Below, one piece after another: positions 1-12,700 of a stretch of DNA of 64,000 nucleotides (the first letter of the stretch is position 1; every line of letters starts with the position of its first letter). The notes under the pieces were generated by a model that searched no databases, was not told the DNA's origin, and worked only from the letters and a program-made list of their open reading frames with translations. This stretch comes from Squalus acanthias (taxonomy: Eukaryota): the NCBI GenBank assembly GCA_030390025.1, contig CM059432.1:111788001-111852000 (forward strand), given 5' to 3'. The position numbers were made by a program, and so were the translations under genes.

Positions 1-3000
1 ATATAACGAGCAGGAGAGCTCGGCACAGATATAACGAGCGGGAGAGCGGGCACAGATATAACGAGTAAGAGAGCCCGGCACAGATATAACGAGTAGGAGA
101 GCCCGGCACAATTATAACGAGTGGGAGAGCGGGCACAGATATAACGAGCAGGAGAGCGGGCACAGATATAACGAGCGGGAGAGCGGGCACAGATATAACG
201 AGCAGGAGAACGAGAACAGTTATAACGAGCGCGAGAGCGGGCACCGATATAATGAGCGGGAGAACGAGAACAGTTATAACGAGCGGGAGAGCGGGCACAG
301 ATATAACGAGCAGGAGAACGGGCACAGATATAACGAGTGGGAGAGCCCGACACAGATATAACGAGCGGGAGAGCGGGCACAGATATAACGAGCAGGAGAG
401 CCCGGCACAGATATAACAAGCGGGAGAGCCCGGCACAGATATAACGAGCAGAAGAGTCCGGCACAGATATAACGAGTGGGAGAGCCCGGCACAGATATAA
501 CGAGCGGGAGAGCGGGCACAGATATAACGAGCAGGGAGAGTCCGGCACAGATATAACGAGTGGGAGAGCCCGGCACAGATATAACGAGCTGGAGAGCGGG
601 CACAGATATAACGAGCGGGAGAGCGGGCATAGATATAACGAGTGGGAGAGCCCGGCACAGATATAACGAGTGGGAGAGCCCGGCACAGATATAACGAGCG
701 GGAGAGCGGGCACAGATATAACGAGCAGGAGAGCGGGCACAGTTTTAACGAGCGGGAGAGCCCGGCACAGATATAGCGAGCGGGAGAGCGGGCACAGATA
801 TAACGAGCGGGAGAGCGGGCACAGATATAACGAGCAGGAGAGTCCGGCACAGATATAATGAGCAGGAGAGTCCGGCACAGATATAACGAGCGGGAGAGCG
901 GGCACAGATATAACGAGCAGGAGAGCGGGCACAGTTTTAACGAGCGGGAGAGCCCGGCACAGATATAACGAGTGGGAGAGCCCGGCACAGATATAATGAG
1001 TGGGAGAGCGGGCACATTTATAACGAGCGGGAGAGCGGGCGCAGATATAACGAGCAGGAGAGCCCGGCACAGATATAACGTGCGGGAGAGCGGGCACAGA
1101 TATAACGAGCGGGAGAGCGGGCACAGATATAACGAGCAGGAGAGCGGGCACAGATATAACGAGAGGGAGAGCGGGCTCAGATATAACGAGTAGGAGAGCC
1201 CGGCACAGATATAACGAGCGGGAGAGCGGGCACAGATATAACGAGCAGGAGAGCCCGGCACAGATATAACGAGTAGGAGAGCCCGGCACAAATATAACGA
1301 GTGGGAGAGCGGGCACAGATATAACGAGCAGGAGAGCGGGCACAGATATAACGAGCGGGAGAGCGGGCACAGATATAACGAGCAGGAGAACGAGAACAGT
1401 TATAACGAGCGCGAGAGCGGGCACCGATATAATGAGCGGGAGAACGAGAACAGTTATAAGGAGCGGGAGAGCGGGCACAGATATAACGAGCAGGAGAGCG
1501 GGCACAGATATAACGAGTGGGAGAGCGGGCACAGATATAACGAGCGGGAGAGCGGGCACAGATAAAATGAGAGGGAGAGCGGGCACAGATATAATGAGCG
1601 GGAGAGCGGGTATGATATAACGAACAGGAGAGTGGGCACAGATATAACGAGCAGGATAGTGTGCACAGATATAACGAGCAGGAGAGCGGGCACAGATATA
1701 ACGAACAGGAAAGCGGGCACAGATATAACGAGCGGGAGAGCGGGTATGATATAACGAACAGGAGAGTGGGCACAGATATAACGAGCAGGATAGCGGGCAC
1801 AGATATAACGAGAGGGAGAGCGGGCACAGATATAACGAGTGGGAGAGCGGGGACAGATGTAACGAGCGGGAACAGATATAACGAGCGGGAGAGTGGGCAC
1901 AGATATAATGAGCGGGAGAGTGGGCACAGATATAACGAGCGGGACAGTGGGCACAGATATAACGAGCGTGAGAGCGGGCACAGATATAACGAGTGGGAGT
2001 TACCGGCACAGATAAAACGAGCGTGAGAGCGGGCACAGATATAACGAGCGGGAGAGCGGGCACAGATATAATGAGCGGGAGAGCGGGCACAGATATAACG
2101 AGCAGGAGAGCCCGGCACAGATATAACGAGCAGGAGAGCCCGGCACAGATATAACGAGCGGGAGAGCGGGCACAGTTTTAACGAGCGGGAGAACAGGCAC
2201 AGATATAACCAGCGGGAGAGCCCGGCACAGATATAACCAGCGGGAGAGCGGGCACAGATATAACGAGCGGGAGAGCCCGGCACAGATATAACGAGCGTGG
2301 AGAGCGGGCACACATGTAACGAGCAGGAGAGCCCGGCACAGATATAACGAGCGTGGAGAGCGGGCACACATGTAACGAGCAGGAGAGCCCCACACAGGTA
2401 TAACGAGCGGGAGAATGAGAACAGTTATAACGAGCGGGAGAGCCCGGCACAGATATAACGAGTAGGAGAGCCCGGCACAAATATAACGAGCGGGAGAGCG
2501 GGCACAGATATAACGAGCGGGAGAGCGGGCACAGATATAACGAGCAGGAGAGCGGGCGCAGATATAACGAGCAGGAGAGCCCGGCACAGATATAATGAGC
2601 GGGAGAGCGGGCACAGATATAACGAGCGGGAGAGCGGGCGCAGATATAACGAGCAGGAGAGCCCGGCACAGATATAACGTGCGGGAGAGCGGGCACAGAT
2701 ATAACGAGCAGGAGAGCGGGCACAGATATAACGAGCAGGAGAGCCCGGCACAGATATAACGAGTAGGAGAGCCCGGCACAAATATAACGAGTGGGAGAGC
2801 GGGCACAGATATAACGAGCAGGAGAGCGGGCACAGATATAACGAGCGGGAGAGCGGGCACAGATATAACGAGCAGGAGAACGAGAACAGTTATAACGAGC
2901 GCGAGAGCGGGCACCGATATAATGAGCGGGAGAACGAGAACAGTTATAACGAGCGGGAGAGCGGGCACAGATATAACGAGCAGGAGAGCGGGCACAGATA

Positions 3001-4797
3001 TAACGAGTGGGAGAGCGGGCACAGATATAACGAGCGGGAGAGCGGGTATGATATAACGAACAGGAGAGTGGGCACAGATATAACGAGCAGGATAGCGGGC
3101 ACAGATATAACGAGAGGGAGAGCGGGCACAGATATAACGAGTGGGAGAGCGGGGACAGATGTAACGAGCGGGAACAGATATAACGAGCGGGAGAGTGGGC
3201 ACAGATATAATGAGCGGGAGAGTGGGCACAGATATAACGAGCGGGACAGTGGGCACAGATATAACGAGCGTGAGAGCGGGCACAGATATAACGAGTGGGA
3301 GTTACCGGCACAGATAAAACGAGCGTGAGAGCGGGCACAGATATAACGAGCGGGAGAGCGGGCACAGATATAATGAGCGGGAGAGCGGGCACAGATATAA
3401 CGAGCAGGAGAGCCCGGCACAGATATAACGAGCAGGAGAGCCCGGCACAGATATAACGAGCAGGAGAGCCCGGCACAGATATAACGAGCGGGAGAGTGGG
3501 CACAGTTTTAACGAGCGGGAGAACAGGCACAGATATAACGAGCAGGAGAGCCCGGCACAGATATAACGAGTGGGAGAGCCCGGCACAGATATAACCAGCG
3601 GGAGAGCGGGCACAGATATAACGAGCGGGAGAGCCCGGCACAGATATAACGAGCGTGGAGAGCGGGCACACATGTAACGAGCAGGAGAGCCCGGCACAGA
3701 TATAACGAGCGGGAGTGTGGGCACAGATATAACGAGCGGGAGAGCCCGGCACAGCTATAATGAGAGGGAGAGCGGGCACAGATATAACGAACGGGAGAGA
3801 CCGGCACAGATATAACGAGTGGGAGAGCCCGGCACAGATATAACCAGCGGGAGAGCGGGCACAGATATAACGAGCGGGAGATCCCGGCACAGATATAACG
3901 AGAGGGAGAGTGGGCACAGATATAACGAGCGGGAGAGCGGGCACAGCTATAACGAGCAGGAGAGCGGGCACAGATATAACGAGAGGGAGAGCGGGCACAG
4001 ATATAACGAGAGGGAGAGCGGGCACAGATATAACGAGTAGGAGAGCCCGGCACACATATAACGAGCGGGAGAGCGGGCACAGATATAACGAGCAGGAGAG
4101 CGGGCACAGATATAACGAGCGGGAGAGCGGGCACAGATGTAACGAGCAGGAGAGCCCGGCACAGATATAACGAGTAAGAGAGCCCGGCACAGATATAACG
4201 AGTAGGAGAGCCCGGCACAAATATAACGAGTGGGAGAGCGGGCACAGATATAACGAGCGGGAGAGCGTGCACAGATATAACGAGCAGGAGAACGAGAACA
4301 GTTATAACGAGCGGGAGAGCGGGCACAGATATAATGAGCAGGAGAGCGGGCACAGATATAACGAGCAGGAGAGCGGGCACAGATATAACGAGCGGGAGAG
4401 CGGGCACAGATAAAATGAGAGGGAGAGCGAGCACAGATATAACGAGAGGGAGAGCCCGGCACAGATATAACGAGTGGGAGAGCTGGCACAGATATAACGA
4501 GAGGGAGAGCCCGGCACAGATATAACGAGCGGGAGAGCCCGGCACAGATATAACGAACGGGAGAGCGGGCACAGATATAACGAACGGGAGAGCGGGCACA
4601 GATATAACGAGTGGGAGTTACCGGCACAGATATAACGAGCGGGAGAGCGGGCACAGATATAACGAGAGGGAGAGCTTGGCACAGATGTAACGAGCGGGAG
4701 AGCGGGCACAGATATAACGAGTGGGAGAGCGGGCACAGAAATAACGAGCGGGAGAGCGAGCACAGATATAACGAGCGGGAGAGTCCGGCACAGATAT
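1..4797. repeat. Minisatellite A (left part), 27/28-bp unit GGCACAGATATAACGAGCGGGAGAGC(G/CC)
   Basis: Continuous tandem copies from the window start, with recurrent variants (GAGCAGG, GAGTGGG, GAGAACGAGAACAGTTATAAC, CAGTTTTAAC). Confidence 0.98.
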
Positions 4798-6740
4798 AAG
4801 AACATAAGAACATAAGAAATAGGAGCAGGAGTAGGCCAATCGGCCCCTCGAGCCTGCTCCGCCATTCAATAAGATCATGGCTGATCTGATCCTAACCGCC
4901 AATCTACTATCTATCACAGAACCATCTCCTGCATCTAACAGAATTGCACACACGAAATAGGAGCAGAATCAGGCTACACAGTCCCTGGGCCCGCTCCACT
5001 ACCCACAGGGCCATGACCGATCCGAACCTAGACTCATGTCCAAATTCCTGCCCGCTCCCCGTAACCCTTAATGCCCTTTACTTCTAGGAAACTGTCTATT
5101 TCTGTTTTAAATTTAATTAATGTTGTAGCTTCTACAGCTTTTTGTGGCAGCATATTCCATGGACCTACCACCCTCTGAGTGAAGTAGTTCCTCCTCATCT
5201 CAGTTTTGAAAGAGCAGCCCCTTATTCTAAGACTATGTCCCCTAGTTCTCGTCTCACCCGTCATCGGGAACATCCTCCCCGCATCCACCCGATCCAACCC
5301 CTTCACAATCTTATATGTTTCAATAAGATCGCCTCTCATTCTTCTGAACTCCAATGAGTAGAGTCCCAATCTGCCCAACCTCTCCTCATATGACCACCCC
5401 CTCATCCCCGGGATTAACCGAGTGAACCTTTTTTGCACTGCCTCGAGAGCAAGGATGTCTTTCCTTAAGTAAGGACACCAAAACTGTATGCAGTATTCCA
5501 GGTGCGGTCTCACCAATACCTTGTACAACTGAAGCAATACCTCCCTATTTTTATATTCTATCCCCCTAGCAATGAAAGCCAACATTCCATTTGCCTTCTT
5601 AATCACTTGCTGCACCTGCATACTAACCTTTTGAGTTTCGTGCACCAGGACCCCCAGATCCCTTTGCACTTCAGTACTCTCCAGTTTCTTGCCATTAAGA
5701 TAATAAATTGCTCTAGGATTTTTCCTGCCAAAGTGCATCACCTCACACTTTCCAGTGTTGTATTCCATCTGCCAAATCTCTGCCCACTTACTTAGCCTGT
5801 CTATGTCCCCTTGCAGGTTTTTTATGTCCTCCTCACTCACTACTTTCCCTCCCATCTTTGTATCATCTGCAAATTTTGATATGTTACACTTGGTCCCTTC
5901 CTCCAAATCGTTAATATAGATTGTGAAGAGTTGGGGACCCAGCACTGACCCCTGTGGAACACCACTAGTTACTGATTGCCAGTCTGAGAATGAACCATTT
6001 ATCCCAACTCTTTGCTTTCTGTTAGATAGCCAATCCTCTATCCATGCCAGAATATTACCCCCAATCCCGTGATTTTTTACCTTAAGCAATAATCTTTTGT
6101 GTGGCACCTTGTCAAATGCCTTTTGGAAGTCTAAATACACTACGTCCACTGGTTCCCCTTTATCCACTCTATATGTTACTTCCTCAAAGAACTCCAGCAA
6201 ATTTGTCAAACATGACTTCCCCTTCGTAAAACCATGCTGACTTTGTCCTATTAAATTATGATTATCCAAATGTCCTGTTACTGTTTCCTTAATAATGGAC
6301 TCCAAAATTTTACCTACCACAGATGTTAGGCTAACCGGTCTATAGTTACCAGCCTTCTATCTACTGCCCTTTTTAAATAAGGGTGTTACATTAGCAGTTT
6401 TCCAGTCTGCCGGGACCTTAGCGGAATCCAGGGAGTTTTGAAAAATTATTACCAATGCATCTACAATCCCTACCGCCACTTCCTTCAAGACTCTAGGATG
6501 TAAGCCATCAGGTCCAGGTGATTTATCCGCCTTGAGTCCCATTATTTTACCGAGTACCACTTCCTTAGTGATTTTGATCGTGTTTAGCTCCTCTCCCCCT
6601 ATAGCCCCCTGTTTGTCCAGTGTTGGGATATTCTTAGTGTCCTCTACTGTAAAGACTGATACAAAATATTCATTCAGTGTTTTTGCCATCTCCATATTTC
6701 CCACCATTAATTTCCCGGTCTCATCCTCTAAGGGACCCCT
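4796..6740 (-). mobile_element. 5'-truncated CR1-clade LINE (HER1-like) inserted in minisatellite A
   Basis: Minus-strand RT ORF2, 3' UTR stem (GGAGCAGG...CCTGCTCC) and (TTCTTATG)n tail reading ATAAGAACATAAGAACATAAG on +; satellite resumes at 6741. Confidence 0.95.
5034..6740 (-). pseudogene. CR1 ORF2 reverse transcriptase, 5'-truncated, one in-frame stop at 6357-6359
   Basis: Motifs KSPGPDG, NYRPVSLTS, QHGF, YLDFQKAFDKV, GVPQGSVLGP, FADD, DLGV, YC..FW.P. The C-terminal tail of ORF 6357..9236 and ORF 5034..6320 are in the same frame, separated by one TAG. Confidence 0.93.
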
Positions 6741-9700
6741 GAGTGGGGGAGCCCGGCTCAGATATAACGAGAGGGAGAGCGGGCACAGATATAACGAGCG
6801 GGAGAGCGGGCACACATGTAACGAGCAGGAGAGCCCGGCACAGATATAACGAGCGGGTGAGCGGGCACAGATATAACGAGAGGTAGAGCAGGCACAGATA
6901 TAACGAGCGGGAGAGCGGGCACAGATATAACGAGAGGGAGAGCGGGCACAGATATAACGAGCAAGAGAGCGGGCACAGATATAACGAGAGGGAGAGCGGG
7001 CACAGATATAACCAGCGGGAGAGCGGGCACACATGTAACGTGCAGGAGAGCCCGGCACAGATATAACGAGCGGGAGAGCGGGCACAGATATAACGAGCAA
7101 GAGAGAGGGCACAGATATAACGAGCGGGAGAGCTCGGCACAGATATAACGAGAGGGAGAGTCCGGCACAGATATAACGAGCGGGAGAGCGGGCACAGATA
7201 TAACGAGCGGGAGAGCGGGCACAGATATAACGAGCGGGAGAGCGGGCACAGATATAACGAGCGGGAGAGCGGACACAGATAACACGAGCGGGAGAGCGGG
7301 CACAGATATAACGAGCGGGAGAGCGGGCACAGATATAACGAGCGGGAGAGCGGGCACAGATATAACGAGCAGGAGAGTCCGGCACAGATATAACGAGTGG
7401 GAGAGCGGGCACAGATATAACGAGCATGAGAGCGGGCACAGATATAATGAGCGGGAGAGCCCGGCACAGATATAACGAGCGGGAGAGCGGGCACAGATAT
7501 AACGAGCAGGAGAGTGGGCACAGATATACCGAGCGGGAGAGCGGACACAGATATAACGAGCAGGAGAGTCCGGCACAGATATAACGAATGGGAGAGCGGG
7601 CACAGATATAACGAGCAGGAGAACGAGAACAAATATAACGAGCGGGAGAGCGGGCACAGATATAACGAGCAGGAGAGCCCGGCACAGATATAACGAGCGG
7701 GAGAGCGAGAACAGTTATAACGAGCAGGAGAGCGGGCACAGATATAACGAGAGGGAGAGTGGGCACAGATATAACGAGCAGGAGAACGAGAACAGTTATA
7801 ACGAGCGGGAGAGCGGGCACAGATATAACGAGCGGGAGAACGAGAACAGTTTTAACGAGCGGGAGAGCGGGCACAGAAATAATGAGCAGGAGAACGAGAG
7901 CAGTTATAACGAGCGGGAGAGCGGGCACAGATATAAAGAGCGGGAGAACGAGAACAGTTATAACGAGCGGGAGAGCGGGCACAGATATAAAGAGCGGGAA
8001 AAAGAGAACAGTTATAACGAGCGGGAGAGCGGGCACAGATATAACGAGCAGGAGAGCCCGGCACAAATATAACGAGCGGGAGAGTGGGCACAGATATGAC
8101 GAGCAGGAGAGCCCGGCACAGATATAACGAGTGGGAGAGCCCGGCACAGATATAACGAGCGGGAGAGCGGGCACAGATATAACGAGCAGGAGAGCGGGCA
8201 CAGTTTTAACGAGCGGGAGAGCCCGGCACAGATATAACGAGCGGGAGAGCGGGCACAGATATAACGAGCGGGAGAGCGGGCACAGATATAACGAGCAGGA
8301 GAGCGGGCACAGATATAACGAGCGGGAGAGCGGGCACAGATATAACGAGCAGGAGAGTCCGGCACAGATATAACGAGTGGGAGATAGGGCACAGATATAA
8401 CGAGCGGGAGAGCGGGCACAGATATAACGAGCGGGAGAATGAGAACAGTTATAACGAGCAGGAGAGTCCGGCACAGATATAATGAGTGGGAGAGCCCGGC
8501 ACAGATATAACGAGCGGGAAAGCGGGCACAGATATAACGAGCAGGAGAGTGGGCACAGATATACCGAGCGGGAGAGCGGACACAGATATAACGAGCAGGA
8601 GAGTCCGGCACAGATATAACGAGTGGGAGAGCGGGCACAGATATAACGAGCAGGAGAACGAGAACAAATATAACGAGCGGGAGAGCGGGCACAGATATAA
8701 CGAGCAGGAGAGCCCGGCACAGATATAACGAGCGGGAGAGCGAGAACAGTTATAACGAGCGGGAGAGCGGGCACAGATATAACGAGAGGGAGAGTGGGCA
8801 CAGATATAACGAGCAGGAGAACGAGAACAGTTATAACGAGCGGGAGAGCGGGCACAGATATAACGAGCGGGAGAACGAGAACAGTTTTAACGAGTGGGAG
8901 AGCGGGCACAGAAATAATGAGCAGGAGAACGAGAGCAGTTATAACGAGCGGGAGAGCGGGCACAGATATAAAGAGCGGGAGAACGAGAACAGTTATAACG
9001 AGCGGGAGAGCGGGCACAGATATAAAGAGCGGGAGAACGAGAACAGTTATAACGAGCGGGAGAGCGGGCACAGATATAACGAGCAGGAGAGCCCGGCACA
9101 AATATAACGAGCGGGAGAGTGGGCACAGATATGACGAGCAGGAGAGCCCGGCACAGATATAACGAGTGGGAGAGCCCGGCACAGATATAACGAGCGGGAG
9201 AGCGGGCACAGATATAACGAGCAGGAGAGCGGGCACAGTTTTAACGAGCGGGAGAGCCCGGCACAGATATAACGAGCGGGAGAGCGGGCACAGATATAAC
9301 GAGCGGGAGAGCGGGCACAGATATAACGAGCAGGAGAGCGGGCACAGATATAACGAGCGGGAGAGCGGGCACAGATATAACGAGCGGGAGAATGAGAACA
9401 GATATAACGAGCAGGAGAGCGGGCACAGTTTTAACGAGCGGGAGAGCCCGGCACAGATATAACGAGTGGGAGAGCGGGCACAGATATAACGAGCGGGAGA
9501 GCGGGCACAGATATAACGAGCGGGAGAATGAGAACAGATATAACGAGCAGGAGAGCGGGCACAGTTTTAACGAGCGGGAGAGCCCGGCACAGATATAACG
9601 AGCGGGAGAGCGGGCACAGATATAACGAGCGGGAGAGCGGGCACAGATATAACGAGCAGGAGAGTGGGCACAGATATAACGAGCGGGAGAGCGGGCACAG

Positions 9701-12700
9701 ATATAACGAGCAGGAGAGTCCGGCACAGATATAACGAGTGGGAGATAGGGCACAGATATAACGAGCGGGAGAGCGGGCACAGATATAACGAGCGGGAGAA
9801 TGAGAACAGTTATAACGAGCAGGAGAGTCCGGCACAGATATGACGAGTGGGAGAGCCCGGCACAGATATAACGAGCGGGAGAGCGGGCACAGATATAACG
9901 AGCAGGAGAGTGGGCACAGATATACCGAGCGGGAGAGCGGACACAGATATAACGAGCAGGAGAGTCCGGCACAGATATAACGAGTGGGAGAGCGGGCACA
10001 GATATAACGAGCAGGAGAACGAGAACAAATATAACGAGCGGGAGAGCGGGCACAGATATAACGAGCAGGAGAGCCCGGCACAGATATAACGAGCGGGAGA
10101 GCGAGAACAGTTATAACGAGCGGGAGAGCGGGCACAGATATAACGAGAGGGAGAGTGGGCACAGATATAACGAGCAGGAGAACGAGAACAGTTATAACGA
10201 GCGGGAGAGCGGGCACAGATATAACGAGCGGGAGAACGAGAACAGTTTTAACGAGTGGGAGAGCGGGCACAGAAATAATGAGCAGGAGAACGAGAGCAGT
10301 TATAACGAGCGGGAGAGCGGGCACAGATATAAAGAGCGGGAGAACGAGAACAGTTATAACGAGCGGGAGAGCGGGCACAGATATAAAGAGCGGGAGAACG
10401 AGAACAGTTATAACGAGCGGGAGAGCGGGCACAGATATAACGAGCAGGAGAGCCCGGCACAAATATAACGAGCGGGAGAGCGAGAACAGTTATAACGAGC
10501 GGGAGAGCGGGCACAGATATAACGAGAGGGAGAGTGGGCACAGATATAACGAGCAGGAGAACGAGAACAGTTATAACGAGCGGGAGAGCGGGCACAGATA
10601 TAACGAGCAGGAGAGCCCGGCACAGATATAACGAGCGGGAGAGCGAGAACAGTTATAACGAGCGGGAGAGCGGGCACAGATATAACGAGAGGGAGAGTGG
10701 GCACAGATATAACGAGCAGGAGAACGAGAACAGTTATAACGAGCGGGAGAGCGGGCACAGATATAACGAGCGGGAGAACGAGAACAGTTTTAACGAGCGG
10801 GAGAGCGGGCACAGAAATAATGAGCAGGAGAACGAGAGCAGTTATAACGAGCGGGAGAGCGGGCACAGATATAAAGAGCGGGAGAACGAGAACAGTTATA
10901 ACGAGCGGGAGAGCGGGCACAGATATAAAGAGCGGGAAAAAGAGAACAGTTATAACGAGCGGGAGAGCGGGCACAGATATAACGAGCAGGAGAGCCCGGC
11001 ACAAATATAACGAGCGGGAGAGTGGGCACAGATATGACGAGCAGGAGAGCCCGGCACAGATATAACGAGTGGGAGAGCCCGGCACAGATATAACGAGCGG
11101 GAGAGCGGGCACAGATATAACGAGCAGGAGAGCGGGCACAGTTTTAACGAGCGGGAGAGCCCGGCACAGATATAACGAGCGGGAGAGCGGGCACAGATAT
11201 AACGAGCGGGAGAGCGGGCACAGATATAACGAGCAGGAGAGCGGGCACAGATATAACGAGCGGGAGAGCGGGCACAGATATAACGAGCAGGAGAGTCCGG
11301 CACAGATATAACGAGTGGGAGATAGGGCACAGATATAACGAGCGGGAGAGCGGGCACAGATATAACGAGCGGGAGAATGAGAACAGTTATAACGAGCAGG
11401 AGAGTCCGGCACAGATATAATGAGTGGGAGAGCCCGGCACAGATATAACGAGCGGGAAAGCGGGCACAGATATAACGAGCAGGAGAGTGGGCACAGATAT
11501 ACCGAGCGGGAGAGCGGACACAGATATAACGAGCAGGAGAGTCCGGCACAGATATAACGAGTGGGAGAGCGGGCACAGATATAACGAGCAGGAGAACGAG
11601 AACAAATATAACGAGCGGGAGAGCGGGCACAGATATAACGAGCAGGAGAGCCCGGCACAGATATAACGAGCGGGAGAGCGAGAACAGTTATAACGAGCGG
11701 GAGAGCGGGCACAGATATAACGAGAGGGAGAGTGGGCACAGATATAACGAGCAGGAGAACGAGAACAGTTATAACGAGCGGGAGAGCGGGCACAGATATA
11801 ACGAGCGGGAGAACGAGAACAGTTTTAACGAGTGGGAGAGCGGGCACAGAAATAATGAGCAGGAGAACGAGAGCAGTTATAACGAGCGGGAGAGCGGGCA
11901 CAGATATAAAGAGCGGGAGAACGAGAACAGTTATAACGAGCGGGAGAGCGGGCACAGATATAAAGAGCGGGAGAACGAGAACAGTTATAACGAGCGGGAG
12001 AGCGGGCACAGATATAACGAGCAGGAGAGCCCGGCACAAATATAACGAGCGGGAGAGTGGGCACAGATATGACGAGCAGGAGAGCCCGGCACAGATATAA
12101 CGAGTGGGAGAGCCCGGCACAGATATAACGAGCGGGAGAGCGGGCACAGATATAACGAGCAGGAGAGCGGGCACAGTTTTAACGAGCGGGAGAGCCCGGC
12201 ACAGATATAACGAGCGGGAGAGCGGGCACAGATATAACGAGCGGGAGAGCGGGCACAGATATAACGAGCAGGAGAGCGGGCACAGATATAACGAGCGGGA
12301 GAGCGGGCACAGATATAACGAGCGGGAGAATGAGAACAGATATAACGAGCAGGAGAGCGGGCACAGTTTTAACGAGCGGGAGAGCCCGGCACAGATATAA
12401 CGAGTGGGAGAGCGGGCACAGATATAACGAGCGGGAGAGCGGGCACAGATATAACGAGCGGGAGAATGAGAACAGATATAACGAGCAGGAGAGCGGGCAC
12501 AGTTTTAACGAGCGGGAGAGCCCGGCACAGATATAACGAGCGGGAGAGCGGGCACAGATATAACGAGCGGGAGAGCGGGCACAGATATAACGAGCAGGAG
12601 AGTGGGCACAGATATAACGAGCGGGAGAGCGGGCACAGATATAACGAGCAGGAGAGTCCGGCACAGATATAACGAGTGGGAGATAGGGCACAGATATAAC

